From an uncultured Methanosarcinales archaeon (lineage in GTDB: Archaea > Nanobdellota > Nanobdellia > Woesearchaeales > CAZYIM01), in NCBI GenBank assembly GCA_964647565.1, contig CAZYIM010000001.1, forward strand, positions 1 through 64,000: a stretch of DNA of 64,000 bases, read 5' to 3'. Under the pieces are notes generated by a model that was not told the DNA's origin, searched no databases, and saw only the letters and a program-made list of their open reading frames with translations. The translations under genes and the position numbers were made by a program. Positions 59,010 to 64,000 of the stretch are shown here, piece after piece (position 1 is the stretch's first letter; every line of letters begins with the position of its first letter).

Positions 59010-59072
59010 ATTTTCGTCACCATCTTATCACAAAGGAATGTTTTTATATAATTCTTCATTACTGGTTTTAAA

Positions 59073-60029
59073 ATGACACTATTTCCAGATTATTATGAAC
59101 CATATCGAAAAGCTGGCTTTTCATTCGAAGAGTACCAGGAGATTGAACAAAAATCCATGTGGGAAGCCCTGAAAGTAAAGAGGCAGATGGATAAGGAGAA
59201 CGAAGAAAGAAGAGTAAAGCTGATTGCCAGCTACACACCGCAGAAGCTCTTCAAGGAGTTCCTCTCCTTCCAAAAGAAGTTCGAGGAGAATGACCGAAGG
59301 AATTTCTGGTATAAGAGCGATGGTGATAAAAAAGCACCAAAGAGATTCAAATTGCGAGGGCCTAGAAAGGTAGTCCGAAAAACCCCTAAAGAGAAGGTAT
59401 TCAATGGAAAATTGCTTATGCAGAAGATCCGAGACGGGATTGATACAGTTGTAAGTCCTGTTGAATCCACTATCAGCAGCGGTGTTGATAAGATCAAAAG
59501 GGACAACCTTTCAAAGCAGATGAATGCCTATCTTGCTGACAAATTCGACATCCATCCATACAGCTGGGACGAGCTTCCTGATAAGGCAAAAGAGGATTTT
59601 GAACTGAATGGATCATCAGGGTACAATCCCTTAGTCATACCATTGCACAAGGGAGAGGACTATGTGCATATGCAGTTCATGGCCAATCTTGACTATCATG
59701 AATGGCACTTCTTTGATTTCAAGGGTGTTGATCATATGCTTTGTTTCCTTGATAGTAAGGATATAGTAAGAAGGACTCATGTGCTCATGGATATTGACCA
59801 TGCAATGGATGATGATTATCTCTTAGATCTAGGTTCTAAGATACAGTCTTATTTTCTGGAGAACAGGAAAAAAGAGCTAAGGGATGCTGTGCTGATTCCG
59901 ATCAAAGCACATCATATCGAAATCCAGGAAGCTTTTAGTCTCAAACCTGAAGAAAAGCGAAAAAGAAGAGCAAAGGGAAAGATAGTGACAGTAGATTACA
60001 GGTTTGTTGATCCTAAGACTGTAAAGTAA
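59073..60029 (+). CDS. Hypothetical protein
   Basis: 318-aa ORF. Confidence 0.65.
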   Translation: MTLFPDYYEPYRKAGFSFEEYQEIEQKSMWEALKVKRQMDKENEERRVKLIASYTPQKLFKEFLSFQKKFEENDRRNFWYKSDGDKKAPKRFKLRGPRKVVRKTPKEKVFNGKLLMQKIRDGIDTVVSPVESTISSGVDKIKRDNLSKQMNAYLADKFDIHPYSWDELPDKAKEDFELNGSSGYNPLVIPLHKGEDYVHMQFMANLDYHEWHFFDFKGVDHMLCFLDSKDIVRRTHVLMDIDHAMDDDYLLDLGSKIQSYFLENRKKELRDAVLIPIKAHHIEIQEAFSLKPEEKRKRRAKGKIVTVDYRFVDPKTVK

Positions 60030-60089
60030 TTCAACAACATTTAAATATGAACCATTTTTTTCTATTCTTATAGCTCAAAGGGTGATAAT

Positions 60090-60497
60090 ATGAAAAAAGC
60101 ATTAGTTATATTAACTGTTTTAATGGCGGTCCTTCTGATAGCTGGCTGTGCCACTGTTGAGGTAAACGATGGAACTACAGCAACTGAGAATGATCAGGCT
60201 CCAGAAACACTGGATGAAAGGCCTGAAGATACAGAAGTAGCTGCACAAGCAACTACGTATACCCTGACAGATGTTGATAGCCACAATAATGCAGATGACT
60301 GCTGGCTTGTCATAGATGGTAAGGTGTACGATGTCACTGATTACGTTGCTTCACACAGGGGCGGCGAGACTATCCTTGAAGGCTGCGGAAGGGAAGCGAC
60401 TGACTTGTTCGAGACCAGGCCAATGGGCTCAGGTACTCCGCATTCAGCAGACGCAAGAGTATTGCTTGACGGCTACTTCATAGGCAATCTCGGATAA
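60090..60497 (+). CDS. Cytochrome b5-like heme-binding lipoprotein
   Basis: LIAGC lipobox; HN..DCWLVIDGKVYDVT, HRGG and HS. Confidence 0.85.
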   Translation: MKKALVILTVLMAVLLIAGCATVEVNDGTTATENDQAPETLDERPEDTEVAAQATTYTLTDVDSHNNADDCWLVIDGKVYDVTDYVASHRGGETILEGCGREATDLFETRPMGSGTPHSADARVLLDGYFIGNLG

Positions 60498-60760
60498 TGC
60501 GGTTTTTAAAAGAAAAGCTTATAGCTGCTACAGGCGCAATATCCACTCTTCTTGGCGGAGCAGGCGCTGTGTTGGCAGGTATAGGTATCTGTCCGTGTCT
60601 TGCAGGACCAATGCTCTCAGTTTTAGGCATCCTGACCATGTCAGGAGTCTTTCTCTCAAAGCATAAGTTCATCTTTCTTGTAATCGGGCTGGTTTTCCTA
60701 TTAACCAGCTTTTTTTTCTATCAACATAAGAAATCCTGCAAGATCCACAAAAAAGTTTAA
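60497..60760 (+). CDS. Small membrane protein with a CPC motif (MerC/MerT-like)
   Basis: GICPCLAG with TM helices. Confidence 0.55.
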   Translation: MRFLKEKLIAATGAISTLLGGAGAVLAGIGICPCLAGPMLSVLGILTMSGVFLSKHKFIFLVIGLVFLLTSFFFYQHKKSCKIHKKV

Positions 60761-60785
60761 AAAACAACTCCCAATCTTCTAAAAC

Positions 60786-61934
60786 ATGAAAGCATTTGAC
60801 AGCATAATCGTACATTATGACGAGATAGGCCTAAAAGGCAAGAATAGGGGTAAATTCGAAAGGCTTCTTATCAGCAATATACAGAACAAGGCAGGAGAAC
60901 TTGTAAAGTCTATTGAACGAGAGTCCGGCCAGATCACTATCGCTACAACTGGAGCTGAGAAACTTAAGCCTATCTTAGAGAAGATTCCAGGCATTGCCTT
61001 TTTCTCTTTTGCAAAACAGTGCGACCTTGACATCAAGAAACTGGAAACTGCTGCTGTAGCTTATGTAAAAGGTCTTGAATATTCTGATTTCAGGATAGAT
61101 ACCAAAAGACATGAGAAAAGCTTCAAATATGATACAATGGAGGTCAACAAGAAAGTGGGTCAGGCCATTGTTGACGCTTACAAGAAAAAAGTGACTATGA
61201 AAAATCCTGAGTTGAACCTCAAGATAGAGATAACCCATAAGAATGCTTATCTTTCTCATGAATCTGTTATGGGAATTGGAGGCCTGCCCATTGACCCCAA
61301 GCAGAAAGTTGTGGCTTTGCTTTCAGGAGGCTTTGACAGTCCTGTTGCGGCTTTCATGATGATGAAAAGAGGATGTGAGGTTATTCTAGTTCATTTCAGC
61401 AATGCCAACCAATCCACCAAGGCAGTTGAAGATAAGATCGTACAATTGGCCAAGCAGCTTTCAGGATTCCAGCAAAAAACAACTCTATATATCGTTCCTT
61501 TTGAGAATCTGCAAAAAGAGATCATCGCCAACACAAAGGCCAATGTCCGCATGCTGATATACAGACGGTTCATGTTAAGAATTGCTTCAAAGATTGCCAG
61601 GAAAAACAAGGCCAGGTTTCTGGTTGTGGGCGACAGCCTTTCACAGGTCTCTTCCCAGACCATAGAGAATCTCGAGGCCACCTACCAGGTTTCAGATATT
61701 CACGTTCTTTCGCCATTGATAGGCATGAATAAGAGGGAGATAATGGACATTGCAAATCAGATTGGTACTCACGATATATCTGCAATGCCGTATGCAGACT
61801 GCTGCACCTATTTCATGCCCCAGCATCCAGTATTGAATGCAGACAAGAAGATGCTGGAAGATGCAGAATCTGGTTTTGACATCAACAAATTAGTTGAAGA
61901 AGCTGTTGTTAAAGCAAAAAAGAGCAATATTTGA
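60786..61934 (+). CDS. thiI: tRNA 4-thiouridine synthase ThiI (no rhodanese domain)
   Basis: YDEIGLKGKNR, THUMP region, SGGFDSPVA, GDSLSQVSSQT and PYADCC. Confidence 0.95.
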   Translation: MKAFDSIIVHYDEIGLKGKNRGKFERLLISNIQNKAGELVKSIERESGQITIATTGAEKLKPILEKIPGIAFFSFAKQCDLDIKKLETAAVAYVKGLEYSDFRIDTKRHEKSFKYDTMEVNKKVGQAIVDAYKKKVTMKNPELNLKIEITHKNAYLSHESVMGIGGLPIDPKQKVVALLSGGFDSPVAAFMMMKRGCEVILVHFSNANQSTKAVEDKIVQLAKQLSGFQQKTTLYIVPFENLQKEIIANTKANVRMLIYRRFMLRIASKIARKNKARFLVVGDSLSQVSSQTIENLEATYQVSDIHVLSPLIGMNKREIMDIANQIGTHDISAMPYADCCTYFMPQHPVLNADKKMLEDAESGFDINKLVEEAVVKAKKSNI

Positions 61935-62061
61935 TCGCCTGTGCATATTTCTATTAATATTCTGCACCTCTTGAGAATATTTATTAATAGAATATTATTC
62001 TGTTTTGAATACAGCGAATTCTTTGCAGCGTCTGATTTAATAAAAAAAAGAGGTGATTTCG

Positions 62062-62511
62062 ATGGACGTAAAGAATAAAGCTCTGGCAACCATTCTTGGG
62101 GTTGGTCTGTTGTATGCCACAGGTATTGAGGCTTTGGCATCTGAACCATTGCATCCAGGTTCCCTAGAAGCGCAGGTGCAGGAAGTACAAGACAAAAAGG
62201 ATAAAAAGGAACAGGACAAGTACGATGCATTGGCAAAGCATCTCAAAGAGATTGGAGCCAAGATGTACGGCACTACCACATGCTCCTGGTGTAAGAAGCA
62301 AAAAGAAGAGTTTGGTGGAGCATTGGAAAAGTACAAGATCTATAAGGAAGCAGACACAGACAAGAAGATTATGCAAGAGGCTAAAGAACTTGGAATAAAA
62401 GGCTGGCCAACCTGGGTATTTAAGACCAAGGAAAAACCAGGCTATAGACTAGTTCCAGGATATCATCCTTATGACCATATTGTCATGATGTCTAAGTTCA
62501 AGGCCAAGTGA
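62062..62511 (+). CDS. Secreted thioredoxin/glutaredoxin-like protein
   Basis: Signal peptide, MYGTTTCSWC and GWPTW. Confidence 0.8.
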   Translation: MDVKNKALATILGVGLLYATGIEALASEPLHPGSLEAQVQEVQDKKDKKEQDKYDALAKHLKEIGAKMYGTTTCSWCKKQKEEFGGALEKYKIYKEADTDKKIMQEAKELGIKGWPTWVFKTKEKPGYRLVPGYHPYDHIVMMSKFKAK

Positions 62512-62555
62512 ATAGTTTAGAAAAATATTAAAGTATGAAGGTTTAACTAGTTAAA

Positions 62556-63071
62556 ATGAACAACAGAATATTAGGCTTGATCATGGTTGCTGTGTGCATA
62601 ATTATGGGTATATTGATTTTCTCTTTTAATTCAAAACTCAGTCAGCAGGCAGAGGCTGGCTGCCAATGTGAAACCATGGAAGCTGGCGGCTTCTGTCCGC
62701 ATGATCAGGGCACCCCCTGGCAGACCTATCTTGGAATCGGACTGATGGGTGCTATCTTTGCTTTAGGTATTTTCCTTATCTTCTTTGAGAAATCGCAAAA
62801 AGCAATCATATCTACACTGGAAAATCAGAAAAAGATGCAGACAGAAGAAGAGAAGTTCGATATCCTTCTAAAGGGTCTTGATTCTTATGAACAGAAAGTC
62901 ATAAAAGCAGTCAAAGAGCAGGACGGCATCACACAGCAGACATTAAGACTCAGAGCAGATATGCACAAGTCCAAGCTTAGCATTGTCCTGGACTCTCTTG
63001 AGAAAAAAGGCCTTGTCAAGCGTAAGGAAAAAGGCAAGACCAAGCAGGTATTTCTTAAATTTAAGCTTTAA
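62556..63071 (+). CDS. Membrane-anchored winged-HTH transcriptional regulator
   Basis: Two TM helices, then GITQ..L......KSKLS..L..LEKKGLVKR...GKT. Confidence 0.8.
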   Translation: MNNRILGLIMVAVCIIMGILIFSFNSKLSQQAEAGCQCETMEAGGFCPHDQGTPWQTYLGIGLMGAIFALGIFLIFFEKSQKAIISTLENQKKMQTEEEKFDILLKGLDSYEQKVIKAVKEQDGITQQTLRLRADMHKSKLSIVLDSLEKKGLVKRKEKGKTKQVFLKFKL

Positions 63072-63113
63072 ATTCCAAAAGATAAATAAAGGAATAAAGA
63101 TTCCTTTCTCGAT

Positions 63114-64000
63114 ATGACTTCAGCAAATGCAACACAGCTTATCGGAGATATAAATCAACTCAAAAAAGAGAAAGAAGCAGTCATTCTCGTTCATAATTAT
63201 CAGAGGCCAGAAATATATGAGGTGGCGGATTATATCGGGGATTCTTTTGGATTGGCAAAAAAAGCATCAGAGCTCAAGGATGTTAAACGGATCATTTTCT
63301 GCGGAGTTGACTTCATGGCAGAGTCTGCAGCAATTTTAAGTCCTGATAAAGAGGTATACCTGCCCACTCTACAAGCCAACTGCCCTATGGCAGCCATGGT
63401 TGATTCTAAAAGCCTAAAACAACTGCAGGAACAACACCCAGATGCTGCAACAGTATGTTATGTTAACACAAGTGCTGATATCAAGGCCATGTCTTATGTC
63501 TGCTGCACCTCATCAAATGCTGAAAAGATAATCAAGGCCCTGCCCCAAAAAGACATAATCTTTGTTCCAGATAAGAATCTTGCAATGAACACAGCCAAAC
63601 AGCTGCCTGAAAAGAATATCATCCCCTGGAACGGCCATTGCTATGTACATCAGAGATTCACTGTTGATGAAATGAAGAAGTCAAAAGAGAATTATCCTGA
63701 TGCAGAAATCATCGCTCATCCAGAATGCCCTCCAGAGGTTGCAGAGTTGGCAGATTGTCTTTGCAGCACAAGCCAGATGATAGATTATGCAAGAAACAGC
63801 AAGGCAGACACATTCATTGTTTTCACAGAGGTCGGCATGACAGAGCGACTCAAAAAAGAAGTTCCAGAGAAACAATTCTTAACACCTGTAAAAACATGCC
63901 TTCAGATGAAGAAGAATTCCTTAACGCTGATTAAAAAATCCCTTACAGAAGAAAGGTATAGGATCACAGTGCCAGACGAGATAAGCCAAAAAGCCAAACT
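63114..64000 (+). CDS. nadA: Quinolinate synthase NadA (runs off the window end; not in the ORF track)
   Basis: Manual translation shows VILVHNYQRPEI, GDS, FCGVDFMAE, CPMA, CYVH, AHPEC and CLQMKKN. Confidence 0.95.
   Translation, partial: MTSANATQLIGDINQLKKEKEAVILVHNYQRPEIYEVADYIGDSFGLAKKASELKDVKRIIFCGVDFMAESAAILSPDKEVYLPTLQANCPMAAMVDSKSLKQLQEQHPDAATVCYVNTSADIKAMSYVCCTSSNAEKIIKALPQKDIIFVPDKNLAMNTAKQLPEKNIIPWNGHCYVHQRFTVDEMKKSKENYPDAEIIAHPECPPEVAELADCLCSTSQMIDYARNSKADTFIVFTEVGMTERLKKEVPEKQFLTPVKTCLQMKKNSLTLIKKSLTEERYRITVPDEISQKAK

Noticed and set aside
61949..61992. AT-rich inverted repeat (TTCTATTAATA...TATTAATAGAA) after thiI
   Set aside because: Low complexity in AT-rich DNA. It may be a terminator or operator, but I cannot support that.
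1..64000. Prophage, transposon, integron integrase, diversity-generating retroelement, rRNA or tRNA
   Set aside because: I recognised no integrase, transposase, reverse transcriptase, virion gene or cloverleaf/rRNA-like segment.

Overview
64-kb gene-dense, AT-rich window. It is most likely from a DPANN archaeon (Woesearchaeota-like); this is inferred from TATA-box promoters close to start codons, GAGGTGA ribosome-binding sites, two AbrB-PhoU fusion regulators and an archaeal TctA-type permease. Contents: (i) a tandem array of six or more divergent paralogues that share a basic N-terminal motif (1-4251), with a seventh motif carrier at 57047; (ii) a giant surface protein of about 3,850 aa (S8, FG-GAP, FN3/Ig, Kelch) whose 5' end is a broken mosaic of C1A, C13-like and S8 protease pieces, coupled to a membrane protein with four CBS domains that shares an extracellular domain with it; (iii) three type II toxin-antitoxin modules with palindromic operators and two Fic genes; (iv) a 29-bp non-coding motif that punctuates a run of accessory genes like cassette boundaries; (v) an RQC-UvrD-HRDC helicase; (vi) a 120-bp GC-rich structured element with terminal inverted repeats; (vii) a circularly permuted DeoC; and (viii) housekeeping or metabolic genes (icd, aminotransferase, Dus, thiI, nadA and others). 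I saw no rRNA, tRNA, CRISPR array, integrase or transposase. All calls come from motif recognition by eye; no database searches were run.
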